DNA of 64,000 bases from Eledone cirrhosa (lineage: Eukaryota): contig OZ024743.1 of NCBI GenBank assembly GCA_964016885.1, positions 154,628,001 to 154,692,000 on the forward strand, in the 5' to 3' direction. This document shows, piece after piece, positions 53,610-64,000 of the stretch (within the stretch, counting starts at the first letter, position 1; each line of letters opens with the position of its first letter). A program made the position numbers and the translations under genes. The notes below the pieces were generated by a model. It saw only the letters and a list, made by a program, of their open reading frames with translations. It ran no database searches and was not told where the DNA came from.

Positions 53610-54522
53610 TGTTTCTGTGAGTTGGAATCCCTAACACTCGAGAAGTACCCAAGCAATTTTTTTTTACTGTACATGTGTATTAATTATGTTTCAGGGAGTG
53701 TTATGCCCATAAATTGGCTAAATTTTCAACAAAACTTGACTAAATTTTCAACAAAAATTGGCTAAATTTTCAACAAAAATTGGCTGAATTTTCAACAAAA
53801 ATTGGCTAAATTTTCAACAAAAATTGGCTAAATTTTCAACAAAAATTGGCTGAATTTTCAACAAAAATTGGCTAAATTTTCAACAAAAATTGCCTAAATT
53901 TTCAACAAAAATTGGCTAAATTTTCAACAAAAATTGGCTAAATTTTCAAAAAAAATTGGCTAAATTTTCAACAAAAATTGGCTAAATTTTCAACAAAAAT
54001 TGGCTGAATTTTCAACAAAAATTGTATCAAATGTTTGATCCACTAGTGCCCGCATTAGATGAAAAACTGCTTTTTTTCAGTTTTTGGGGATTCTTTTGAG
54101 GCGTTACCTCAGACAAATTTCCTTGAAATTGTAACTATGCATTAGTCAGTCTCTTCTTCGTACCGTGAGCAAAGAAAATCCAACTTTGTTATGGCTTAAG
54201 GTCCGCATTAGGTGAAAAACTTCATTTTTTTCAGATTTTTAGGGCTTTTTACGTCTAGCCGATTTTCCCGAAATGTCAAGGCATTTTATGAACATAAACA
54301 ATTTATTTTCTTGATCTCCTAGGGCCCGCATAAGGTGAAGACCTGCACTTTTCCTGCTTCATCGAGGAAAATCTTAAAGATTATCCAGCCATCAGAGTAT
54401 TCGGTTTATTTTCTTTACATATTGTCCAGGGATGCAGGTTTTCCACAATTAGGTCTGTTGGCGCCCCGCGTTCCAAAATACCAAAATACCTTATCCCGTG
54501 AAACGCCGGGTACCACTGCTAG
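53537..54522 (+). mobile_element. Complete non-autonomous Helitron (986 bp)
   Basis: A^TCTATATATATAAA 5' end followed by (GT)n; 3' hairpin CCCGTGAAACGCCGGG (54495-54510) 8 nt before CTAG^T; inserted between A and T with no TSD. Confidence 0.85.
53711..54024. repeat. 22-bp minisatellite (ATTGGCTAAATTTTCAACAAAA, about 14 copies) inside the Helitron
   Basis: Period 22 (53716, 53738, 53760, ...). Confidence 0.92.
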
Positions 54523-54629
54523 TTTAATATAACATATGACACATTCGATACTCAAAAAAATATGATTGTAGCTACTTACCTATGGAAATATTGTTATTAA
54601 AATAATTTCAAAAACAGGATATATATATA

Positions 54630-57600
54630 TAGTCTTCAAATGTATTATTATTACTATTTGGCTCCCTCGGTTGAGCACTCTATTCATCATGCAGAAACAA
54701 CATCTGAATATTTCTACAAAGAACATACCCGTACCAAGCAGGAAAACAGACCTAAAACTCCTGATACAGAAAACAAACGCATTCATTAAAAGGTTGCGTT
54801 GGCGTGCCTTTTATTACGATAATCAGGGGAAAGAAGACAATAAACAGGATAATTTTGGGTTTAAAACCTATAATAACCCTCTGAGCAACCCAGCATTGCT
54901 ACCCTTCGAAAATGATGTCTTGGAACTCATACGGAGTATCAAGTTTCGGAATAGGAGCAATTCCTTCCAGCAGGACCTGAAGATTAGAATTCGTTCTATT
55001 AAGGATGCTAATGCCGTGCACGTCCATTCCGACAAAACTGGCAATCTATATCAAGTGGAGCGCAGTACTTACCATCAACTGCTACATAATGCTGTAACTA
55101 AGGATTACCGTAAAAATAATCGGTGCGTCACTAGTGAAATCAACGATGCTGGGTTTAAAATCACCTCTGATCTCAACATCCTGGACCGGACTGAACCTCT
55201 GGACCCTATTCCCCACCTTACCCTAAATGATCACAAATCCAATTTTCCAAACAACCCCTCTATTCGGCTTATTAAACCTACGAAGTCCGATTTAGGTAGA
55301 CTTAGTAAAAGAATTATTGATAGAATTATACCTGAAATTAGAAGTTTGGCCCCTCTTGCACTGTGGAACAATTCTTTCGCGGCGATGTATTGGTTCAACG
55401 GCATATGCAACAAGGAACATTGCCCTTTTATCCAATTCGACATCAATAATTACTTTCGTCCATCACTTTACCACTTCTCCTTAGAGCTATCAATTTCGCT
55501 AAAACACTCACAGTGGTTAAGGATTTCGAAGTTGATGTCATCCTCAATGCCCGTAGGTCAGTGATTAATTTCGAAGACTCTATTTGGGTTAAACAATCTA
55601 ATAGTACCCCATTCGGCGTGAGGATGGGTGCCAGCTATTTAGCGGAGGTTACTGATCTAATCAGCCTTTTCCTTCTTTTCTCTATCCAGGAAGAAATCTC
55701 CAACGTGGGCGGTGGTTTATACCGTGATAATGGTCTTTTGACCATAATAAAGTGCGGCCCACGTGCTTGCGACAGGTTTAGAAAAGAACTCACAGCCTTC
55801 TTTAAAGGATTCAACCTCCCCATACAGGTTGAGGCCAACCTATCCTTCGTTAATTACCTCGACGTTACACTCAATTTATCGAATGGCTTGGACTACCTGT
55901 ATAGAAAGCCGAATGATATGCTTAATTACATAAGTAAGAATTCTAACCATCCTACCAGCATAACGAAGAACCTGGTAAGAAAAATTTCTTTGAGGTTTCC
56001 CCTCTATCTACTAACGAGCATATTTTCAATTACCATTCCACATATTACAATGAAGCTCTTGCTCGGAGTGGATTTGTCGATAAGGTAGTATATACAGAGT
56101 AAGAGAATAGGCCTAGAAGAAATAGATTCCGACGCATTATATGGTATAACCCATCATATAATATGGAGGTGGCCACACCATTAGCTAAGACCTTTTTCTC
56201 CCTTATTATGAAGCATTTTCCACCTACACATAAATATAGTAAACTTTTTAATAGAAATACTATTAAAATTTCTTACTCTATGATACCTAACCTTGCACAT
56301 AACATCACAGCTTCAAATTTAGCTAAACTACCTAGCCGTAGGAAGACGTGCAAACCTGAAGTTAGTACTAACTGTAATTGTAGGAATCGGGTTGTCTGCT
56401 CCCTATCCGGGAAATGCCTCTCTAGTAACATTGTCTACAAATGTAAGGCTGAAACACCCACGTCCCGTAGGGCCTACATATGGTTAACCGCCAATAGTTT
56501 CAAGCAACGTCTTTACATGCATACCCATTCTTTTCGTTACCCTTTAAAAGGAATCTGACGTCACTTTCAGCTTATATCTGTAGTCTAAAAGTCAACCACA
56601 CCCAATCTAAGTTACACTGAGAGGTCCTAGCTAGGACTAGATCATATAACGGAAACAAAAGACCATGTGACCTCTGCGGCCCTGAAAATACTCTACGCCA
56701 AAGACCACATCTTAAACAAAAAATCTGAGGCAATTTCGGCTTGTAAAGATAAATGGCACAAAACTTTCCTGTATTACAGCCCCACATTATACCCTAACGC
56801 AAGTACGAACTATTCGTGACTATTTTACGTCTTGATGTGTTAGTTAAGTATATGTTATGTTTATACCATTACTTATTTGTACAGTTAAGTATATATTACC
56901 TGTATGTTTTGTGAAGTTACGTATACTTTCTCGTACGTATATTTGATTGTATATGTTATAGCGTATATATTATATATTCTGGTACACATGATTTTGGTTA
57001 TGTGTATACGTGAGTTTTGCGTCCGTGTGAGTATGCGGGTTCGTTACGTATGTAGGGTTTGTGTATATGTGTACTTCGTGTTTTTGTTGACGTACATCTC
57101 CGAACATATGTGTATTTACATGTAGGTATGTGTGTGCCCTTGTTATATACGTATTTATTTATTTATAAACGTTTATTTAATTATATGTATACACGTACAC
57201 ACACACACATATATATATATATAGTTTTTTTTCATATTATTTCCATGTGTATTTCGTTTATACTTTCGTATGCGTGTCTGTACATGCGTTGCGCGTGGGT
57301 TCTGTATGTGCGTGCGTGTTTTTTATTGTGTACGTGCGTGTATTCGTAAACCTATGGCGAGTGTTTTCGCGTATGCTTGTGTATGTACGTATATGGATGC
57401 GTGTATGTATTTATTTAATTTCAATGACCTCGGTATTTTATTTACTTTATTATTAACTCTGAAGCCGAGAATCATTCGGTTTCCTAGTTAGTATTTTAGT
57501 CTACGACTTCAGTTATACCATTTTCGTGGTTTTGTCTTTGCGTGCAATTGTTCTCCACGCGCCACATATGACGTATTATCTTCGTTTTTTGTCGTTCATT

Positions 57601-57978
57601 GCCAGAGAACGTCTCTATACGACTTCTTTTATACCATAAACATGGCTTTGTTTTTGCGTGTAATTGTTTTTCACCGCACCAAATAAGTACGTATTATATT
57701 CGTTTTTTCCCGTTCTTTGCCAGGGAACGTTTTCCACGAACCGATGTATCTTCTTCCTGTCTTCCTCCGCTTGCAACGTTTTTTGAAATATTCACTTCTG
57801 CGTTCACAGACTTAATTGTTAGTTTAAGAAGATCCCGTTAATAGTGAAACCAGCTTTTCTTTGTTTAAACTTTACTCTGTTATTTTAATAAATATTTGCT
57901 CTACGGTTCTTATATATTTGATATATATTTATCCTTATCGTGCCCTCTTTGGAATTTAGTCTTCAAATTTCTTATTAT

Positions 57979-57983
<5 letters not shown>
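54630..57983 (+). mobile_element. Penelope-like element family B, copy 2, one full unit with ~28-nt terminal direct redundancy, in (TA)n
   Basis: Disrupted ORF 54671 to about 56800, homologous to 36477-38566; TAGTCTTCAAAT..TTATTATTACTAT at both ends. Confidence 0.92.
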
Positions 57984-58016
<33 letters not shown>

Positions 58017-60189
58017 GCACACACACACACACACACACACACAAACATATATATATAAACACACGTGTATATATGTGTTTGTGTGTATGATTGTGTGTGC
58101 ATGCAAGTGTATTTATCTGTTCTATATATTAGATTTCAATAAAATTCCTTTATGAGGCTGGGTGCTTAAATAAGTAACACGCAAGTTCTCTATTTCTATA
58201 TACGCAATAATCAACTGTCACACTTTTGATTAGCTATTGAAATTCTTACCCTGTTTCTAATTGAATAAAATTGAAGATTTTCATCAAACTTTTCATATTA
58301 GAATTCTCGCTTTTCCTTCTAGGCTCCCAGCTGCGAAAATATATAACAATGCAACGAGGAATACGTGTGATCATAGAAATTCCCCACAATTTACAATCAG
58401 GTTAGAGTATACAATTGCATATTTTCTTAAGGAATGCTGATTTGTGTCCCTAACAGTATAAGTATTTTGTCTTTGTGTCCATTATATATGTATTTCATGC
58501 AAATGTATTTGAAATGTTTTTATATTTACTACATACATACTCAGCTTAATTAATATACTGTATACTTCCATTAAAGCAACATGTTCTATAAAAATACTAT
58601 ATTTATGAATAATATATTTCTGTATTCATTACTCTATCAAACCTCAAGAGAATATATATTAAAGTTAATGCTTAGGTCAATTATCAATGAATTATATATG
58701 TTTTATCGGTTTGAATGTCACGAGTGTTTACATCACATCATGATATTCAATGTCTACTTTTACTTTGGCAGATCATGAATTTCTTATAGCTCGCATTTTG
58801 CTTTACAGTATTTGCATTGTGTGCCGCCCTTGGTACATCTTGCTAAACACTGAAGGAAACAGTCCCAATATGCAATAACGTGAAAAACGATTTCCTAACA
58901 GGAGAAAAAACACTTTAACAAAAAAATTGAAATAAATATGCCCTAACAGTTAAAGGGGCATTCTAGAATTAAATCATTTTTGCAATTGATAGAATGGCCA
59001 CAAAGTCCATGTTAATATGCAGGGTGGTTTTCACTCTGAAGTTGTTTTTTTCTGTATGCCTTTATGTATGTATACATAACGTATAGCAATTTCATGCATG
59101 AAAGCAACGGCACTGTATCACACTTAAGACGCTACGATGTATATAACACGTTAAATTTCAATCAATTGACTAGTTTTTGCAGTGTTCCTCTGCGAGAGAC
59201 AGGAGTCAAATTTTAAATCATGTCTCCTATAGATCAATGGCTATCGAAATAATGTTGTTTTCTGATGCTCAAAAACATGGGTCAGATGGATGCTGACCTT
59301 CTGTTGAAGACGTTTCAGCATTACAATCTGTATTTCGTACGATATTAATATGGAATTTATGCCCCGGTCATCATTCATGCAAGGAAAATATAGCCTATCC
59401 ACACTATAATTGACTTTAAAGTTTCTAGTTGTGCTGGGCTGCTTGCGAATCCTTAAAACATTATCATGTAGTACATGCAGTAGCCTGTTCAGCAGACCAA
59501 ATGCTGGCAGGATAGTTAGCGTAGCGTAAGTATTTTGGGCATAATTTTATTGTATACTGAGAGTTCTGAGGATCAAATATTCTGTACTCTATTGAGGCGT
59601 TAATTCCTGGTCCTACCCGCTCCATCCTATTTAAAATTCTCATTCAGTTCCATACGTCTATAGTTGCTGTCTGACTGCACATGTTGTATCGTCAAGCCGT
59701 TCAATTTTAGGTTTTCGGTATAGGGCACGAGGTTTCCATGACTGATCACCACAAATGTTCTTTTGGCCTCACAAATTTCATTTTAATGCTTATAGGAATT
59801 TGGTATTGAGGTTCTATTGCTTTTTGATGTGGTTGATATTTTCCCCATACAATATCAGGCTGCCGACAAATTGAATTGTGACATAGTTGTGGATTCATTT
59901 CTATAACCACTCTATTTTGTTAAGAGGTTTGGTAATGGGATTAACTAGAGGATGAATAGCATCAACGACAACCAATCGCTATGCAAGATGTTTTTTTGCG
60001 TAGTGTGTGGTAGAAGACACAATCTGCTTTTTCTCAACTCTAAGGAATAAAATGGGGCAGTAACTCTTGTTGAAAATCAGGTACTAGATTTTGTGGGATT
60101 TTTGGCTAACCGTAAACGTCTAATAATCCACCAATGTGAAGTCTTTTTTACAGCTGCATTTTAAAATAATCCACCAACACCGATGTTGG

Positions 60190-60240
<51 letters not shown>

Positions 60241-60241
<1 letters not shown>

Positions 60242-60572
60242 CACAAACAGTCATGACCGGCATGGGCTGGTGTTTGGATTCTGTCGATCAAGTGGTTATT
60301 GATTATTCGATACCCCCTGATGAAACCGCATAAGCCGATTGTGCATTGTTGCATAATATATGCAGACAGATGGTGCAGTGCACCATACTGCTGCATTAGT
60401 GGTGCCGAAACTCGAGTCCGGGAACTATTATAGGCCCACGTTTTACGTGTGTCGTATTGACGCGAGTGACTATGTCTATACTCTGGGAAAGTATCTCACA
60501 TTGCTCATGGAATACGCTGAGATACAACCGGTCCTGGCATTGGTAAATATGGTGGGTCCGTCAACTCCTTAT
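60241..60572 (+). mobile_element. ~330-bp non-coding HHR-bearing insert between two (TA)n tracts
   Basis: Flanked by (TA)n at 60190-60240 and 60573-60594; contains a hammerhead. Confidence 0.7.
60311..60424 (+). ncRNA. Type I hammerhead ribozyme with an 83-nt stem II domain
   Basis: uacccc-CUGAUGA-a.accgc...guggu.gcc-GAAA-cucgag-UC-cggga; palindromic ACUCGAGU stem III, GUC site. Confidence 0.7.
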
Positions 60573-62022
60573 TATATATATATATATATATATACAATAT
60601 CGAACAAAAGGAACGCGCTTTAGCAACCAACCCTTCTTTGGTTCATCAAGAATATATTGCTCTGTTACGTGGTATTTTTTTTATGCAGACGATTGTGATC
60701 TTCCTAACCACAGGGTAAAAGATCATTTACATCTGATGTGTTGATTCTCGGCAGTGTGTAATGTTTTGACATTTACCCTCAAAACGGAAGTTGACTTGTA
60801 CCAGTATACACCTGGAAAGCCATATCTCACCGTTCATATCTGAAAGCTATGGATATATCACAACGTGTATATTGAAGGAGGTGGCTGAAATCATCTACTT
60901 GTGAAATATTCTATCCAGTATTAGCACTCATGATAATAGATAAGCTACTATCTGTCTAAAACATCCGATGAATTAGATAAACTGGAAAAGCTTTTTCCGG
61001 TTACAATCAGATATCAATGTGTGAACGTAGCTGTACTTGCAGCCATGCTGTATGAATCATGAACATGCTGTGGGTATATCTAGCCCCTCGAACGTTTCCA
61101 CCAACAACATTTTCGCTCCATTCTAAAGATTTCATTGCCGTCTCATACAACATATCCTGATGTACTGCAGCAGGCCTGCCTGACAAGGATTCAAACCACA
61201 ATCATGAAACAAGGTGTCTGATGATCAGGGCAAATGGTACCCCAAGTGGACGGCTGACTCCCATTACATCATAAATTTGTATGTGGCATCCGTAGCAAAG
61301 TGTGTCACTCTGCAAATGGGATAATACGACACCAAAAAGCATGCCATGTCAACCAAATTCAAGCAGGCAAGAAACTTATCAAGCTGCACACATGTATGTT
61401 ACTTCCTGGTGTGATAATGCTACTAAGGCAGCGTCAAAGCAGCAACATTAATAACATGTTTTTACCAATGTCTGTTTTTATTCTGGTTTAAGAAATGGCG
61501 GTACTAGGAGGCGAGTTGGCTTTCACTATGTATGTATGCATATATGTATGTTTAAAGGTATGTATGTATGGATATGTGTGAGGTAGCTTATAGATCGGAC
61601 AACGCACGCTCTCTTTGTTGTTATTTGAGGGATGCTGGTTGGGTGGGTGGGGGTGGGTGCTCAGTATTTTTTGTATTCTGAAACATCCAAATTCGATAAA
61701 CATTTTGCTTACTAGACTCTGCATATAACCTGACAAAAGTCGTGGAAGTTGCATGAATATTTTCATAAATTTTCCCAATGCAATCGTTGTTTACATTTTA
61801 CATTTTACATTTTACTTAGATCCTAATCAAACATGGCTAAATTTCAAATTTTGAAAAGAGAAGAAAACGGTCAAATGAATTAGTTACATTTCACTGCCCC
61901 AACAACAACAATAACATCTACAATCTCTCCCCACCACCACATTTACACTCACAAAAGTCAATCCCCAACCTATCAAGGCTAAAGTCAATTACCTGCTATC
62001 GGGCTCACTACTGTGTGTTGAA

Positions 62023-62062
<40 letters not shown>

Positions 62063-62063
<1 letters not shown>

Positions 62064-62252
62064 CGAAGGAAACGTGGTTAGGGAACAGATGGACCATAAC
62101 GCACCAAAGTACTCAATACTTAGGGTAGTAGAGTGGGTAATAGGAACGAGTAGGACCCGAAGGCTGAGCTCAAGCCGTTTCGACGGCTAATTCTGGACTC
62201 CAGAATTAGCCGTTGAAACGGCTTGAGCTCAGCCGTCGGGGTCCTACTCATT

Positions 62253-62257
<5 letters not shown>
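62063..62257 (-). mobile_element. Fold-back mini-element in (TA)n (arms 62140-62197 and 62199-62257, 1-nt loop)
   Basis: Same family as 43879-44081, opposite orientation. Confidence 0.85.
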
Positions 62258-62329
<72 letters not shown>

Positions 62330-62879
62330 TTACAGTAATCAAAGTTCAGTTTAAGTCATTTATTTGCTTACAATTGTTTCCTCCAAACCGAGGTTTAGAT
62401 TCTTCGGAGCAACTATTTATAACATACTTGACCTCCTTTTCAACCCAAGAGACACATAAAACATATGCGCATATTGATCAACAGTGGGGTGACATTCATC
62501 AAATGATATAGCATGGCAATTTACATATAAAGGTTACAGGATAAAAATAAAATAAAAACAAGAGTGAAAATAAGAGTGAAAATAAAGATAAACATGAAGC
62601 GTTGGCAGTCTATGAAGATAAAGCATATATATATATGACTTACTCAAAATGACGAACGTTGAATGTTCAACCTCAACACCTACAATAACAACGTCACTGG
62701 AATACCAACAACAATATCTACAACAGCAACAACATCAGAATGAACAGCAATACTAATATGTACAACATCAACATTAGAAGGAACAACAACAATATCTACA
62801 ACAACTGCGGCATCAAACGATAAAAAAAGCCAAACAACAGCCACCACCATTACCATCACCACTCGGTCAACGATCAAAT

Positions 62880-63310
62880 ATTATGAAAGGGTTGGACTCC
62901 ATGCTTTGCAGCAAAGAGTTACGTCCCTTCATGGTCTGATTTAAAATCCCGCCGAGGTTAACTTTGCCTTTCGTCCTTACGGTGTCGATAAAATAAAGTA
63001 CCAGTAATACACTAGGATATGTGCTGGCCTTGTGCCATAAGCAGAAACAATTATGAAAACAATAACAACGATAATACTGTTCAGTATTATCGTTGTTGTC
63101 AACAGTTGCCATATCTATAGTATTAATAATTGTTTCTACTGTTGGCACAAGGCCAGCAATTGCCACCGTGTATTACTGGTACTTTATTTTATCGACCCCG
63201 TAAGGATGAATGGCAACGTTAACCCCGGTGGGATTTGAACTCAGACCATAAAAGGCAGTAACTCTGTGCTGCAAAGCATGGCGTCTGACCCTCTACGGAT
63301 ACTGCCAAGC
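62880..63310. mobile_element. Two SINE family 1 copies tail-to-tail (62880-63053 plus, 63128-63310 minus)
   Basis: Core and tail on both strands. Confidence 0.85.
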
Positions 63311-63454
63311 TGTGTAAGTGATTGGCGTGTGTGTGTGTTTGTATGCATGAGGGTCTGTGTGTTTGCGTGTGAGTGAATGTGTGTGTGTGTGTGTGTGTTT
63401 GTCGTATGTATGAGTGTCACTAAGTGATATTTTTTTCATGCGCGGCGACATAGA

Positions 63455-64000
63455 AATTATCGGGTGGATATCCGATCGTGTGGTCAAACAACTGGGAATG
63501 AAGGACTCCTAGCCCTTATCAGGGCAATCTTGCAGTAGACGACATCTGAAGAAACTTGGTTAACTCCGACATAAAACCTGCGGCTCAGTAGTTACCGATA
63601 ACGTTGATCTTTTCTTCTTTTCGGGTTATAGCCAGTGTCGCTAAGAGAGTGGAATGGCACAGTCTTTCCTCACTTTAACAAAAATCTTCGCGTACAGGCA
63701 TTGCACGATAGCATTAATTAATAATATTAATAATGTTGTTGTTATTATTTCTTTTTCTATCAGCTGAATTTCTGGCTGGAGCCTTAAAAAGAAACCAATT
63801 CAATGATGTTCCAAAACAATATACAAGATATACTTGGCAATAAGGTCTCTGGAACAAAAGAGATAATTGAATAATAAGGGCAGGGGCCCCAGGGTATCAC
63901 AGCCTGAACACGCTCGTCATCATGCCACTATGATAGAGCCAAACAAGGCATGTAATATTGGGTGCTGGAAATTACGGACTCTTCCTGACAGGGATTCCTC
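63455..64000 (+). mobile_element. Probable 5' end of an RTE-like LINE
   Basis: Ends with CNIGCWKLRTL, resembling the IGTWNVRTL start of an AP endonuclease. Confidence 0.4.

Larger units (their letters stand above)
59270..61350 (+). mobile_element. Heavily decayed RTE-like LINE
   Basis: FFYADDCDL near 60680; C-terminal zinc-finger-like FVCGIRSKVCHSANGIIRHQKAC near 61280-61345. Confidence 0.5.

Noticed and set aside
53711-54024. CRISPR-like or iteron-like array
   Set aside because: Contiguous units with no unique spacers, eukaryotic context, inside a Helitron.
61218-61250. CTGATGA here, and CTGAAGA at 2352, 9076, 24433 and 63546
   Set aside because: No correctly placed GAAA, stem III and stem I.

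Overview
AT-rich, repeat-saturated animal genomic DNA. The (TA)n/(CA)n microsatellites, SINE types and retroelement mix suggest a mollusc, probably an octopod cephalopod (inference). No host gene can be called confidently, and most listed ORFs are microsatellite artefacts. Coding content is transposon-derived: several Penelope-like elements (PLEs; RT plus C-terminal GIY-YIG) from at least four families, R4/Dong-type RLE LINEs (one near full length), decayed RTE LINEs, Chapaev3-like and mariner transposase relics, a hAT MITE with an 8-bp TSD, a complete non-autonomous Helitron and many tRNA-derived SINEs. The main hidden signal is RNA structure. Read by eye, the window holds about 18 type I hammerhead ribozyme (HHR) motifs, intact or degenerate, plus several half-motifs, nearly all in elements inserted into (TA)n tracts. 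They include a non-coding ~428-bp tandem retrozyme-like unit (26981-27858, again at 44130-44784), mini fold-back elements whose hairpins appear to be rebuilt at each insertion, HHRs with very long stem II domains, and recurrent non-canonical cores (U10.1-U11.1 closing pair, U4A). All folds were derived manually and none has been tested computationally or biochemically.
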